The notes beneath the pieces are model-generated. The model made no database searches. It saw nothing but the letters and a program-made list of their open reading frames with translations, and was not told where the DNA came from. From Candidatus Nomurabacteria bacterium (lineage in GTDB: Bacteria > Patescibacteriota > Minisyncoccia > Phycocordibacterales > UBA918), in the NCBI GenBank assembly GCA_020632095.1, contig JACKGF010000001.1, positions 733,366-797,365 on the forward strand: 64,000 nucleotides of DNA, read 5' to 3'. Positions within the stretch are counted from its first letter, which is position 1, and every line of letters begins with the position of its first letter. Positions 47,961-57,756 of the stretch are shown one piece after another. The position numbers and the translations under genes were made by a program.

Positions 47961-47974
47961 AATAAAACTTAGGG

Positions 47975-48754
47975 TTACTTATATTTGGTGCAGGAGACAA
48001 TCCCGTTGTACTCACGAGCCTCTGCTTCTCCTCCAGCTCTTTGACAAGCTTTCATAGCGGCAGTACAGTCGTATGTATTATTTCCAACAGGGTCAGTTCC
48101 TGTAAGGAGACAATCGAATGTACTCGGTCGTTTTTTAGCTGCTCGTACAATACAGGTGCCTAGTTGATCGCTGCCGGGTGGTGGTGGAGTATATTCTCCT
48201 TGATAACAAGCTGCTTCAGGATTTGGTGAAAATGGGTTGTAGTTAGAAGGGCATCTGCCAGGCACAACATTTTCACAAATATTTTTTGCTTCTGCCGCAT
48301 CTCTAATAATACCGGATCTCAAAGGCATAAATTCATCTCCTAAGGGTAGCGAAACAGGGCTACTGGTAGTTATAACACGTGGCGAGCTTGGTATTGGGAT
48401 CGGGTCAAAGGTTACGTTAACATTATTTATGTCTGGATTGATGACAGTTATTATGATTACAGCCGCTAGGATTACCAATAACCCTAGTACAGCACCTTGA
48501 ATATCTTTCTTAGCAGACCCTTTGTCGGTAACAACATCAGACATCATCCACTTAACTCCAGCAATTACTATTTTAATTACCGCCAGGAGAGCCGCAATAC
48601 TGATTGAGAGAGCGTACAGAGCGTTCATATACGCGTCAAATCCCGAGTTAGGATTTACCCCAGGGATACCCACCAAAGGAGTATAACCAGCAGCAAAAAT
48701 TAAGGAAGGGGCGGCTGCTAGAATAAAAACGATTATTGTAATGATTTTTTTCAT
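47975..48754 (-). CDS. VirB2/TrbC-like pilin with a C-terminal cysteine-rich extension
   Basis: Signal peptide MKKIITIIVFILAAAPSLIFA, then two hydrophobic helices separated by a short charged loop (ALYALSISIAALLAVIKIVIAGVKWMM / SDVVTDKGSAKKDIQG / AVLGLLVILAAVIIITVI), the TrbC/VirB2 fold. Then ~120 aa with 10 Cys and PPPP. Confidence 0.45.
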   Translation of the reverse strand: MKKIITIIVFILAAAPSLIFAAGYTPLVGIPGVNPNSGFDAYMNALYALSISIAALLAVIKIVIAGVKWMMSDVVTDKGSAKKDIQGAVLGLLVILAAVIIITVINPDINNVNVTFDPIPIPSSPRVITTSSPVSLPLGDEFMPLRSGIIRDAAEAKNICENVVPGRCPSNYNPFSPNPEAACYQGEYTPPPPGSDQLGTCIVRAAKKRPSTFDCLLTGTDPVGNNTYDCTAAMKACQRAGGEAEAREYNGIVSCTKYK

Positions 48755-48764
48755 GATAATTAAG

Positions 48765-49973
48765 TTACTCAGTTTCTGGTAAAGGTTGTAATCGCTCAAA
48801 CATCCAGAGGTTTTGGTTGTTTTTGTTTACAAAGTAAATATTTACATCATCGTGACCAAACTGTAGGTTGGTTATGTCCAAAGACTGCCCACTTTCTGAT
48901 TGGGTGTTTGACAAGGAAGAAACCCCTTGTTCAGTCATTTTCGATTCCCAGAGGTTATCAGATAAATTAACCTCACCACTATACCAAGTGTCCGGAGTTT
49001 CTCTGTTGTAGGTGTTTGGTGTTTCAGCACATACCACTAGAGAAGAAGTGTTTTCACTAAAGGCACATTTTTCAGGAATAACAGTAATAGGAAATTCAAC
49101 GTAATCATTATATTCATGAAGGTAGAGATATGTTTGGTATCTTTCCTTGTCTTGTCTACTAAACACGACCCCGCTCTCATTTCCTTCAGCGGAAAGACCA
49201 AAACCATCAATTGGCAGACGACTAACCTTTCCTCCTTTTATCTCATATAAAAACCCTTCTAGTTTACTGCTAGCTTTCGGGTAGGCGAAGTGAGTATCCT
49301 TTTCTGTTTTTCCCCAGTCAATCACTGCTTCACGGAAAGGGATTGTAAATAAGTCTTTAGAGGTTTGTTTTACTGGGTCAAATGACTTACCGATAACCGA
49401 TCGGTCAGTTTTAACAGCATACAAAAAAGTGTTGTCAGTAGTAGCTTTAAAGCTGATAATTGGTTCAGTTATAGTGTAGACACTAGAGTCGCTTGAAGAG
49501 GCCGAGTCAAGTTTTTTGATGTTGTATTCACTACTAAAACCGCTACCGGACTGAATCATTACGTATTCACCATCTAAAGTAATGCTACCTTTTTGGCTGC
49601 TTGGGAAGGTGGTAGCTGATACTCTCTCTTCTTCCCCACTAGTTAGGTTAATAGAAAAAACGTGTCCCGTACCAGCTTCGATATAGTAGACAACAGGGGT
49701 GGAAGAAGCGTTTTTCATTACTTCACGGTAACCAATAATTGGTTTGGTAGTGAGTTGACGAAGTCTTTTAGAGGTAGAAACATTCACTGTTGGTTCATTG
49801 TCTAATGTAGGTTCTTCATTAATGATTGATGTGTCAGTAGTGTCGCCAATTGATAGGTCACCAAAAACCTCGTCAACATTCTTAGGTGTGCCAAAAAATA
49901 AAACCCATATCCAGATAGCGACTAGGATAATTATTAGTACTACTCCAATGACGATAAATACTGTGCGTTTCAT
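48765..49973 (-). CDS. Hypothetical membrane-anchored secreted protein (putative secretion-system component)
   Basis: N-terminal TM (VFIVIGVVLIIILVAIWIWVLF). Ser/Thr-rich, predicted beta-rich ectodomain. Confidence 0.35.
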   Translation of the reverse strand: MKRTVFIVIGVVLIIILVAIWIWVLFFGTPKNVDEVFGDLSIGDTTDTSIINEEPTLDNEPTVNVSTSKRLRQLTTKPIIGYREVMKNASSTPVVYYIEAGTGHVFSINLTSGEEERVSATTFPSSQKGSITLDGEYVMIQSGSGFSSEYNIKKLDSASSSDSSVYTITEPIISFKATTDNTFLYAVKTDRSVIGKSFDPVKQTSKDLFTIPFREAVIDWGKTEKDTHFAYPKASSKLEGFLYEIKGGKVSRLPIDGFGLSAEGNESGVVFSRQDKERYQTYLYLHEYNDYVEFPITVIPEKCAFSENTSSLVVCAETPNTYNRETPDTWYSGEVNLSDNLWESKMTEQGVSSLSNTQSESGQSLDITNLQFGHDDVNIYFVNKNNQNLWMFERLQPLPETE

Positions 49974-49977
49974 AATA

Positions 49978-50943
49978 CTAGAAGTTTATTAGAATATTAC
50001 TCTGTGCCCCTTGTAAAATTTGTTTGGTGTCTCGAACATGAAATTGAACGCTTGATTGTCCGAAGGTTCCTGTTCTCTGTAGAGTGACTTCATACGGGTT
50101 CCCTCCAAAATCAGTAGATTTATTACCATTAACTTTCCATTCTTTAATATCTGGATTGTTGTAGACCCGAGAATCAAGGTTGTATGGTTCAGCGCGCACG
50201 GTCACACTATTACCGATTAGAGATAAGTTTTTAGCGATTGGTTTTTGGCTGATACCGAATAGAGAGCTAACTTCATAAAAATGTACTTCCGGTGCAACAG
50301 AAGGAATACTGACCGCCCTTTTTGCTAAAACCACCCCTCCAGGTTCGGTTACTTGTAGGTAAAGTGAACTATAGTCGCCGATTGGGGTGGTAAAAGAGAT
50401 TTGATTTCGACCCCTAATTGGCCCACCTTCAAGAACTTGGTTGTTTAGTCTCCAAGTGTAAACAAGGTCAGAATCCCTAAATCCACTATCGCTCACCAAC
50501 GCAGTAGCGTTAACAATACTACCAATACTTGGTAGTGAACGGCCGAGATAAAAGTCTGGGGTTCTGGTTTGAGGTTCGATGATTATGTCTAAGTAAATAG
50601 GATTGATGGTATTTTGTAGAATCACTCTAGAACCCTGAGGTGTATTTAAGACAACTTTAATATTTTGAGTCTTACCAGCTTCTCCTGCTATTATTTTTAC
50701 TTCTCGTTGATTTTCCGCTTCTTCAATAACTTGATCATCTAACAGCCAAGTAATTTTAGATCCGTAAGTGCTTCCTTGATAGTCTTTGAGGGTGGCTGTG
50801 ACTTCTTCACCAGGTCTTGGATATTCTGGTTTAGTTTCGATGGTTGACTCAGGGTTGGTAAGTGAATTTGTGTCCAATTGAGCTAGCGCTGGGGAGGCGC
50901 TTAAGCTGACTATGGTTATTAAAAATATTATTAGTGTCCTCAT
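49978..50943 (-). CDS. Hypothetical secreted protein with repeated beta (Ig-like) domains
   Basis: Signal peptide MRTLIIFLITIVSLSASPALA. Internal repeat ...ITW/YTW...L(D/N)(D/N)QV(I/L)E... Confidence 0.35.
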   Translation of the reverse strand: MRTLIIFLITIVSLSASPALAQLDTNSLTNPESTIETKPEYPRPGEEVTATLKDYQGSTYGSKITWLLDDQVIEEAENQREVKIIAGEAGKTQNIKVVLNTPQGSRVILQNTINPIYLDIIIEPQTRTPDFYLGRSLPSIGSIVNATALVSDSGFRDSDLVYTWRLNNQVLEGGPIRGRNQISFTTPIGDYSSLYLQVTEPGGVVLAKRAVSIPSVAPEVHFYEVSSLFGISQKPIAKNLSLIGNSVTVRAEPYNLDSRVYNNPDIKEWKVNGNKSTDFGGNPYEVTLQRTGTFGQSSVQFHVRDTKQILQGAQSNILINF

Positions 50944-51034
50944 ACCATAATCATACCAGACCATAAGACACAAGAGCCCAGTTTAGTGCGTTTGTTTGGG
51001 ATATCTCCAAACACCATAAATTAATTATCCAAAT

Positions 51035-51967
51035 TTATTTTGGTCGTAACCAAATAATCATAGTCCAAATCATAAACCAAGGAAGTAAGTTTAGGACTGG
51101 TGTAAAGTATCCAAAAAAACATAGTATAAATACAAAAATCTTAATACCAGAGCTTTTACCTGAAATCGGTTCAAAACCATTTAGTTTGTATATGAGATAA
51201 ATAATTAAAAGCACCGCTATGCCGAATATAAATATTATTAACTCAGTTACCATAAAAAGATTAATAGGGTCAAGGACTGATACATTGATTCCAAATACAG
51301 CTTCCGAAATCTTTCCTGCCACTTCAAGTAGACGACTGGCGGCATAGTGAATACCTTTATATAAAAAATTACTGTTAGGGTTTGGAGTAACAATTTTTTT
51401 AATTGAGTCAAGAGCGCCAGCCAGAGCGAAAAAAACAATATTTAACAAAGCAAAAGGTAATTGAAATAGAAACCAGGAGGGTATTGCCCACGACCAAATA
51501 CTACCAGTCACAGTGGTTGCACGACCCCGCATAAGAAGCGTGGCTGAGGTACCCTTTATTGATAATTTACCAGACTTAAGTTTTTTAGGGGTGACTATTG
51601 GTTGGGTTGAATAGGTTACATTGGCTTTTCTGGTTGTTTCCTCAGAGCGATTTATTTGCTGTACAGGTTTATAGGGGTTATTTTTAGGGTCTTCTATAGA
51701 TGAGGGTTGTAAACCTTGTTTTGCGTAAGAGGCTTGGAAATTCTCATGGGTAGGGGTAATAGAGCTGGTGGGTTGTTGTTTGGTTGGTGAACCAGGCGTA
51801 TTTGAAGATCGGGTGGTTTCCGATCTAACGTTTCTTACCTCTTGTCCGCTTGTTGCACTAGAAGAATAAGCTAGGGTCGGGCGAGTTCCTGGTCCGTATT
51901 TAGGGTCGTTAACCGCTTTTGGGTATCGCTCACTATATCGCTCATCTTTTTTTTGCGGAACCGCCAT
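51035..51967 (-). CDS. Hypothetical polytopic membrane protein with a disordered N-terminus
   Basis: ~150 aa S/T/P/Q-rich N-terminus, then four or more TM helices. Confidence 0.35.
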   Translation of the reverse strand: MAVPQKKDERYSERYPKAVNDPKYGPGTRPTLAYSSSATSGQEVRNVRSETTRSSNTPGSPTKQQPTSSITPTHENFQASYAKQGLQPSSIEDPKNNPYKPVQQINRSEETTRKANVTYSTQPIVTPKKLKSGKLSIKGTSATLLMRGRATTVTGSIWSWAIPSWFLFQLPFALLNIVFFALAGALDSIKKIVTPNPNSNFLYKGIHYAASRLLEVAGKISEAVFGINVSVLDPINLFMVTELIIFIFGIAVLLIIYLIYKLNGFEPISGKSSGIKIFVFILCFFGYFTPVLNLLPWFMIWTMIIWLRPK

Positions 51968-51981
51968 ATACTAAAAGTATA

Positions 51982-53784
51982 CTACATCCGTGAAGCTTGT
52001 AACTCTTCTCGGGCTTTTCTGATTTGGAGAATTTGTGATGGGTCGGAAGTGATGATTTGTTCTTCAGTATAAGAAGCGATTATTTTTATTGCGACGTGTT
52101 TAAGGCCGGCAAAAAATATACCCTCTCCTACATTGGATTCAAGTAGCAAAAACTTTTCTTCATCAGTTAAATTAAAGGTTTTTTGGATGTTGTCGATAGC
52201 TGTTGGAGATTGTTTCATTAAGAGCTGAATTGATGAGTTGGTAATCATTGGTACTCCGTAAGGTGAACGAAGGAAATCGTCCACGTCTTGAGTGATGGTG
52301 GCTATACCTAGGTAATACTTTCGTCCTCGTTTTGCTAGACTAAACAAGAAAGAGGCGGTGTCTTCAGATTTCATCATCCACCAAGCTTCATCAATCACCA
52401 TTAAGCGCTTAACCATTCTTCGTCTGATTGATCCCCAGATGAAGTTAGTGATGATATACATGGCGATAGTTTTGAGCTCATCTTCCATGTCACGTAGGGA
52501 GAAAACCACGAATTTTTGATTAATGTCGACATTAGTGGCATGGTTCATGAAACCAGACCAGGTTCCAGCGGTGTATTTTTGGAGTCTAGTTATAAGTGAA
52601 GAACTACCATCCATACCAGCTAACACCATTTCAAAGTCAGTAAGTAATGGTGGTTCTAGGTTAGAGAAATTTGCATCACCGGTGATGTCTTTTAAAGCGT
52701 AGGTTTCTTGGATAGCAATATCAATCAAAGTTTCTTCTTCAGCAGTTAGGCCACCCAGCATTAGTCTGAATAAACCTACCAACTCAATAATGTGGGTACG
52801 GAGGACATCGCGGGGGTCCTCATCAGCGCTTGGTGTGGGAAGGTCAAAAGGATTTATGTGGTGATTAGACGATAAAGAAATGTTGAAAAAACGTCCACCA
52901 GTGGCTTCGGCTAAGTATTCATATTCTCGCTCTGGGTCGATTACAATCACTTCAGTACCAAACATTAAAGAGCGTAGAATCTCAAGTTTTAAGCCAAATG
53001 ACTTCCCTGCTCCAGAGGTGGCAAAGGTAACGGAGTTGTAATTTGTTAGACTGTAGCGGTCGAATAGTACTAGTGAAGAATTGTGTCGATTGACACCATA
53101 AAGAATTCCTGAATCCGAGGTTAAGTCGAAAGAAGTGAAAGGAAAAAAGCTTGAGAGGGGTTCAGAGTTGAACTTGCTGTGAACCATGAGTTCATCATTA
53201 GATAGCGGTAAAATACTTTTGAAGCCTGGTTCTTGTTGAAATAAGGCTGGCTTCATTGCTACTAAACGGGCATCAAGAATTCCACGAATATCATTTTCAA
53301 CCTGGTTAATTTCAGTGTCGGTTTCTCCATAGATGGTTAGGTAGAATCCTACATCAAATAACTTTTCCTCGGCTTGTTGTAGTTTGTCGCGCAGATCTTC
53401 AAGGTTTCGGTAAGCGGCTTCAAGTTGTGGGTCGCGCACCTCCCCTTTTTCCGCTTTGATATTAATTTGGCTTTGCACCTCAGCGACTTTTTTTTGAAAT
53501 TTCTTTAAAGTTTCAGCCGTGTCAACGGGATGGATAAAAATTGATACGTCAAGTTCTTTAGCTAGGTTTAAAACCGGCTCCAGCCAACCGTCGTTCAGGT
53601 ATCTTGGGTAAGAAACAGCATAATAAACTCTAGCATTTACTCCGCTAACATTAATACTTCTAGGACTCACATTAATAGCTGATGGTGCAATCACATCAGT
53701 TAAAGTGAGGAGTTGATCTTTAATCACATTAGAAGGGTCTTCACCTTGGTTTTTCTTGGGTTGTAGTAAATCTGCTAGTGACAT
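51982..53784 (-). CDS. virB4: VirB4/TrbE/CagE-family type IV secretion ATPase, C-terminal ATPase part
   Basis: Walker A TSGAGKSF, Walker B MVIDEAWWMM (DEAW), and GIATITQDVDDF (ATQ motif). Confidence 0.75.
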   Translation of the reverse strand: MSLADLLQPKKNQGEDPSNVIKDQLLTLTDVIAPSAINVSPRSINVSGVNARVYYAVSYPRYLNDGWLEPVLNLAKELDVSIFIHPVDTAETLKKFQKKVAEVQSQINIKAEKGEVRDPQLEAAYRNLEDLRDKLQQAEEKLFDVGFYLTIYGETDTEINQVENDIRGILDARLVAMKPALFQQEPGFKSILPLSNDELMVHSKFNSEPLSSFFPFTSFDLTSDSGILYGVNRHNSSLVLFDRYSLTNYNSVTFATSGAGKSFGLKLEILRSLMFGTEVIVIDPEREYEYLAEATGGRFFNISLSSNHHINPFDLPTPSADEDPRDVLRTHIIELVGLFRLMLGGLTAEEETLIDIAIQETYALKDITGDANFSNLEPPLLTDFEMVLAGMDGSSSLITRLQKYTAGTWSGFMNHATNVDINQKFVVFSLRDMEDELKTIAMYIITNFIWGSIRRRMVKRLMVIDEAWWMMKSEDTASFLFSLAKRGRKYYLGIATITQDVDDFLRSPYGVPMITNSSIQLLMKQSPTAIDNIQKTFNLTDEEKFLLLESNVGEGIFFAGLKHVAIKIIASYTEEQIITSDPSQILQIRKAREELQASRM

Positions 53785-53793
53785 AACTATTTA

Positions 53794-54435
53794 TTATCTA
53801 TTATCAACTATTGGAGCGCTCCCAGTCATATCGGCTGGATTATATAAGTGGTAAAACAGTTCGACCAAATCATCTTTTCCTAAAGAGATAGTTCTTACTC
53901 CTATCCGGGCTAATCCTTCTGATACCATGTCAACTCTTTGTTCAAGCTGAATCCGGTGTTCCTCGAACTGGAGATCATTTTGTGAAGATGATTGTTTTTG
54001 GGATTGAGAAAACATACTGGTGATTCCGCGAGTAATATTTAGTTTGGTTGGAGAGTAAGGAACAACTATAAAAAAGTTTTTACTCATAACATCAACATCT
54101 CTAGTGAATGAGCTGATAAATTCCATGTATTCCCGAAGTTGAATACGCATTAAATCATTATCTTGTTTTACCTCGAGACTTTGGAGAAGTTCTAAATAGG
54201 GTTCAATATTTAATTTTCTAGATTGAATATAGATTTGTAAAGAAAAATCTATAGTATTAAGAAATTGCTGAAATTGCATCAAAATTGCTTTTTGCTCATC
54301 TAATGATTTTAAAGCAAAGTTAATTGAAGAAGCCAAAAGCAACATACACATTTGACCGTTCTTTTGGATTATGACATCGTCACGAATATCTTTAATAGAG
54401 ACGAAATCTTGAGTGGCAGCTTGAGCTTTTGGCAT
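53794..54435 (-). CDS. virB4: VirB4 N-terminal domain encoded as a separate ORF
   Basis: VSIKDIRDDVIIQKNGQMCMLL...EQKAILMQFQQFLNTIDFSLQIYIQSRKLN matches the N-terminal domain pattern of Gram-positive-type VirB4 (PrgJ/TcpF-like). Same frame as the downstream ATPase ORF, separated by TAA TAA. Confidence 0.55.
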   Translation of the reverse strand: MPKAQAATQDFVSIKDIRDDVIIQKNGQMCMLLLASSINFALKSLDEQKAILMQFQQFLNTIDFSLQIYIQSRKLNIEPYLELLQSLEVKQDNDLMRIQLREYMEFISSFTRDVDVMSKNFFIVVPYSPTKLNITRGITSMFSQSQKQSSSQNDLQFEEHRIQLEQRVDMVSEGLARIGVRTISLGKDDLVELFYHLYNPADMTGSAPIVDNR

Positions 54436-54436
54436 A

Positions 54437-54865
54437 TTATTCCTTTTTTTGTAAGGCTTGTAATTCTAGTTTTTTAGCTAGTGAAGCGATGTTATTTTTA
54501 GGTCGTGCTGGATTTATTAAAGAGGGGTCAGTGCCTGTACGGGTTGAATTTGGTTGACTTGGGGCTGAGGTTTTGTAGACAGTATCAGTTTTTTGACGCC
54601 ATAAGTACAGCCTTTGACCTCTTATATAGTTGTAGATAGCTTCTAGAAAAAAAGAAAAAGGTCGGTTGTTGACTGGGTAAAATGCCAGAGCCCCTGCCAG
54701 TAGAGCTAGCGGAATACCTAGAAAAATAAAAAGAAACAGGGGTAGCGTAAAAAACATTACGACGGCCATACCAACTCCCCCTCCAAGATAAAGGAACTGA
54801 CGCCAAGTAAGAGGGCCAAAAATTTTATCTTCGATATCTATGAATTGAGGAACTTCAAAACGCAT
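54437..54865 (-). CDS. PrgI/VirB3-like small membrane protein
   Basis: FEVPQFIDIEDKIFGPLTWRQFLYLGGG then two TM helices. Located immediately upstream of VirB4, as PrgI is. Confidence 0.5.
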   Translation of the reverse strand: MRFEVPQFIDIEDKIFGPLTWRQFLYLGGGVGMAVVMFFTLPLFLFIFLGIPLALLAGALAFYPVNNRPFSFFLEAIYNYIRGQRLYLWRQKTDTVYKTSAPSQPNSTRTGTDPSLINPARPKNNIASLAKKLELQALQKKE

Positions 54866-54918
54866 ACACCACCATTATACATGGTGGTGGGGAAAAAGAT
54901 CGTAATTTGTTCAGTTGC

Positions 54919-55443
54919 TTACTGACCCCAACTCGGGGCTGAGGCTTCTGGTTTAGTTCGTCCTTCATTTAAGATAGCTGATTGGGTTGAGGTGTAGGTA
55001 GGGATGTGGCTTTGAGCCTGTTGCAGTTCCACATCATTAGCCATAGTGCGAACATGGGGGATGTTCGGCAGATTAGAAAGTGAAGCCTCTGCTTCAGCTA
55101 TATCTAAAGCCATGGCGGCATCCTCAGAGGAATTATATATTTCTGCTTGAGTGGTTAGTATCTCCAGCGCATTATTTATTTCTGTCGAAACCACGGTAGA
55201 TATTTCTGTAGATAGTCCCAAGTTTTGACTGAGAATTGAAGGGAGTTCGACTGGTTTTGACAAATCTAAGATCATATCACCAACTACGAGAATAAATTTG
55301 TTGTAGTTAGTATCATCAGTCAAGTTGTACTTTTCAGCAATTTTCCACAGGGCTTCCCCACTCTCAGGGGAAGCGTACAAAAATTTATTAGTTTCAGAAG
55401 CAACTTCGTAAGCAGCGTTGCGTTGTTGATTAGTGATAGACAT
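54919..55443 (-). CDS. Hypothetical soluble protein within the secretion cluster
   Basis: 174 aa, no TM, no recognisable motifs. Confidence 0.3.
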   Translation of the reverse strand: MSITNQQRNAAYEVASETNKFLYASPESGEALWKIAEKYNLTDDTNYNKFILVVGDMILDLSKPVELPSILSQNLGLSTEISTVVSTEINNALEILTTQAEIYNSSEDAAMALDIAEAEASLSNLPNIPHVRTMANDVELQQAQSHIPTYTSTQSAILNEGRTKPEASAPSWGQ

Positions 55444-55458
55444 AGTTTAAATTGCGAC

Positions 55459-57756
55459 TTAAGGAATTGGTCTTCCGTATTGATCAAGTAGTCCAGAGCC
55501 TGGAGTAGGAGCCGTGTCCTCAGGGTTGTTCCAGTTTAGTCGGCCATGGGCGCTCTTTAGGTAGTTTTGAGCGGAAGTGATGTTTGGATTGGCTGGGCCA
55601 TTGTAATTCTTTATCTTTGTCTTCAATTCTTCACGATCGTCCGCACTTAGAGTGTTGTTTCCGTAGATTGCTTCTAACACGTTACCGTTTATGTACGGTA
55701 AGGCATTATCACTTAACAATGCATCACGTGAAAGCTGGGCAATATCAATAGCTTTTTTAGGTTTGTTAGGTGCTGTGGTAAATAACTCAGAAACCTTCGC
55801 TGAATCATTTGCAGTAGATTTTTGTAGGTTACTACGCTCAGTAAGTTGTGCCATTTTTTGTCCATCTGTGAACTTATCACTCTTTTGCAGATCATCCATT
55901 TGCTTCTTGGTAAAGAGGTGGGCATTTTCTTTAATAAAGTTATCACCCAAAGTCTCCATTTGCTTAAGGGAGAGCTTGGTTAATTCCTCATTCCGGTTCT
56001 TACCATTACTTGTTAGTGAGGCCTCGATAGCTTTCTGACGAGCGTCTAGAAGTTCAGCTTTTTGATCTTGTGTCAACCCATCACTATCCATCATTTTATC
56101 GAAATCAGATGACTTAATATTTCCGATAATCTTTTCAAACTGTTCTGGTTGTTGACTCATCATCTCTTCAAGTTGAGTAGCTGAGTAACCGGCAACTGTT
56201 TGTTGCATAGTGGCGATTGTTTTCTCTTCAGCCTCTTCAGCCCTCTTTAGGGTGTCGGCATCAGTAAGGCTGCTCTTATCTACTGTTTGGCCATTATGAA
56301 GTACCTGACCGTTCTTCTTACGTTCTTCGGCCGCGATGCCAGCTTCTATAGCCACGTTGTTTCTCTGTCTGGTGTCAATTATAGAACGCTTCTTGTTTTC
56401 CTCGGCAATGGTATTACTCAAGCCGAACTTAGCTTCCTTAAGACTTTTTGCCTTATCTCGAACAGCGTCATCCATTCCAACTCGACTGCCTACCCACCGA
56501 ACCGCACCATTATTAGATCGTTGCATCCTGTTAAGACCCTTCTCGAGACTTGATCCAACTTTGTAAGACAATCTTCTACCAGCCAATCCTCCTCCATATG
56601 CTACTGGAGCGGCAACTGTTCTAGCCGTGGCTCTGGTGGTCGCAATAGCTCCCCGCTTTAAACCTTGTTGAGCTTTGCTTTTTATACTATTACCAATTCT
56701 TAAGGCCGCACCAGCGCCATCGGCGCCTAGTTTGTTGGCTACTACCACCGATGCAATAAGGAAAATTGACGATAGGATAAAGGGAGGGATTGTGCTTTCA
56801 AAAGTACTACTAATCTGGCTACCACTACCAGCAAGAACGGCTCGGAAGTCCTTGATACTACCCATTGATCCACCAGTACCGAAAAAGTTTTGAATAATCA
56901 TGGTAGAAAAGTAGACAAGTAATATGTATACCGGGGCAAAAAATGACTTGCCTAAAAAACCTTTCCAGTAAGTGGAGGTAACACTTTGCATTTGTGGGAA
57001 AACCCAACCAAGAAACATTAAGGGAGACAAGACCATATACAGACATAGTGCAGCGTAACGTATCATCAACATTAAACCGCCTGCAGCAAACACAAAAATA
57101 GCGACCATGTATAAGAGAGCTGTACCAAAAATGTAACCGTAAAGAGTGCCATCACTCATATTCGGAGGCAAGCCATATGAACCGCCTCCCCCAAAGAGGG
57201 TGGTGATTCCAAAGTTACTCATTAAAGTGGTAGATACTTCCACTAATCCATTATTTACAACAAAGCCACCCAGAGCAATCTGTGAAGCTAGAGAGTTTGA
57301 TATATCTACAATAAATTTAGTAATATACAGACTAAAGTTTACTAACAGTGCGGCGAGGATTAGGTTGATTAGCCAGCGTTTGGTACTAGAGTCGTCACTG
57401 TTGAGAATCATCTTAAATCCGATATAAATCAAGCCAAAGATAAAAGTTAGATTAAAGATGTCTCTTACGTTTACCCAGAGTTTATCAACCACAACCCCTA
57501 CTCCCGTATTTAGGAACTGAAATCCAAATCCAATCACAAATGTGTTGATTCCTGCGTCTAAAATCATTCCTGCTAGTCCAACAAACAAACCTAAGACATT
57601 GTTTACCAACGCCCATAAAGTGTCTTGGAAGAAACCAGCCGACACGGTTGAAGGAGACAACAGAAAGAAAGGTATGACTAGTAGGGCGGTTGGTAGATAT
57701 TTCTTTAAAAGGCTCATAATTTCATTCACATTTATTATCTCAAAATAGTTTGCCAT
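55459..57756 (-). CDS. VirB6/TrbL-like polytopic membrane protein with a long C-terminal coiled-coil/charged tail
   Basis: Signal/TM N-terminus, ~7 TM helices with Gly-rich loops (GGGGSYGLP), then ~380 aa K/E/Q-rich helical tail. Confidence 0.45.
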   Translation of the reverse strand: MANYFEIINVNEIMSLLKKYLPTALLVIPFFLLSPSTVSAGFFQDTLWALVNNVLGLFVGLAGMILDAGINTFVIGFGFQFLNTGVGVVVDKLWVNVRDIFNLTFIFGLIYIGFKMILNSDDSSTKRWLINLILAALLVNFSLYITKFIVDISNSLASQIALGGFVVNNGLVEVSTTLMSNFGITTLFGGGGSYGLPPNMSDGTLYGYIFGTALLYMVAIFVFAAGGLMLMIRYAALCLYMVLSPLMFLGWVFPQMQSVTSTYWKGFLGKSFFAPVYILLVYFSTMIIQNFFGTGGSMGSIKDFRAVLAGSGSQISSTFESTIPPFILSSIFLIASVVVANKLGADGAGAALRIGNSIKSKAQQGLKRGAIATTRATARTVAAPVAYGGGLAGRRLSYKVGSSLEKGLNRMQRSNNGAVRWVGSRVGMDDAVRDKAKSLKEAKFGLSNTIAEENKKRSIIDTRQRNNVAIEAGIAAEERKKNGQVLHNGQTVDKSSLTDADTLKRAEEAEEKTIATMQQTVAGYSATQLEEMMSQQPEQFEKIIGNIKSSDFDKMMDSDGLTQDQKAELLDARQKAIEASLTSNGKNRNEELTKLSLKQMETLGDNFIKENAHLFTKKQMDDLQKSDKFTDGQKMAQLTERSNLQKSTANDSAKVSELFTTAPNKPKKAIDIAQLSRDALLSDNALPYINGNVLEAIYGNNTLSADDREELKTKIKNYNGPANPNITSAQNYLKSAHGRLNWNNPEDTAPTPGSGLLDQYGRPIP

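Noticed and set aside
53791-53796. Considered stop-codon reassignment (e.g. genetic code 25, TGA=Gly) to explain the split VirB4
   Set aside because: The interrupting codons are TAA TAA, not TGA. TGA clearly functions as a stop elsewhere (coaE ends in TGA overlapping the coaD ATG; many long ORFs terminate at TGA).
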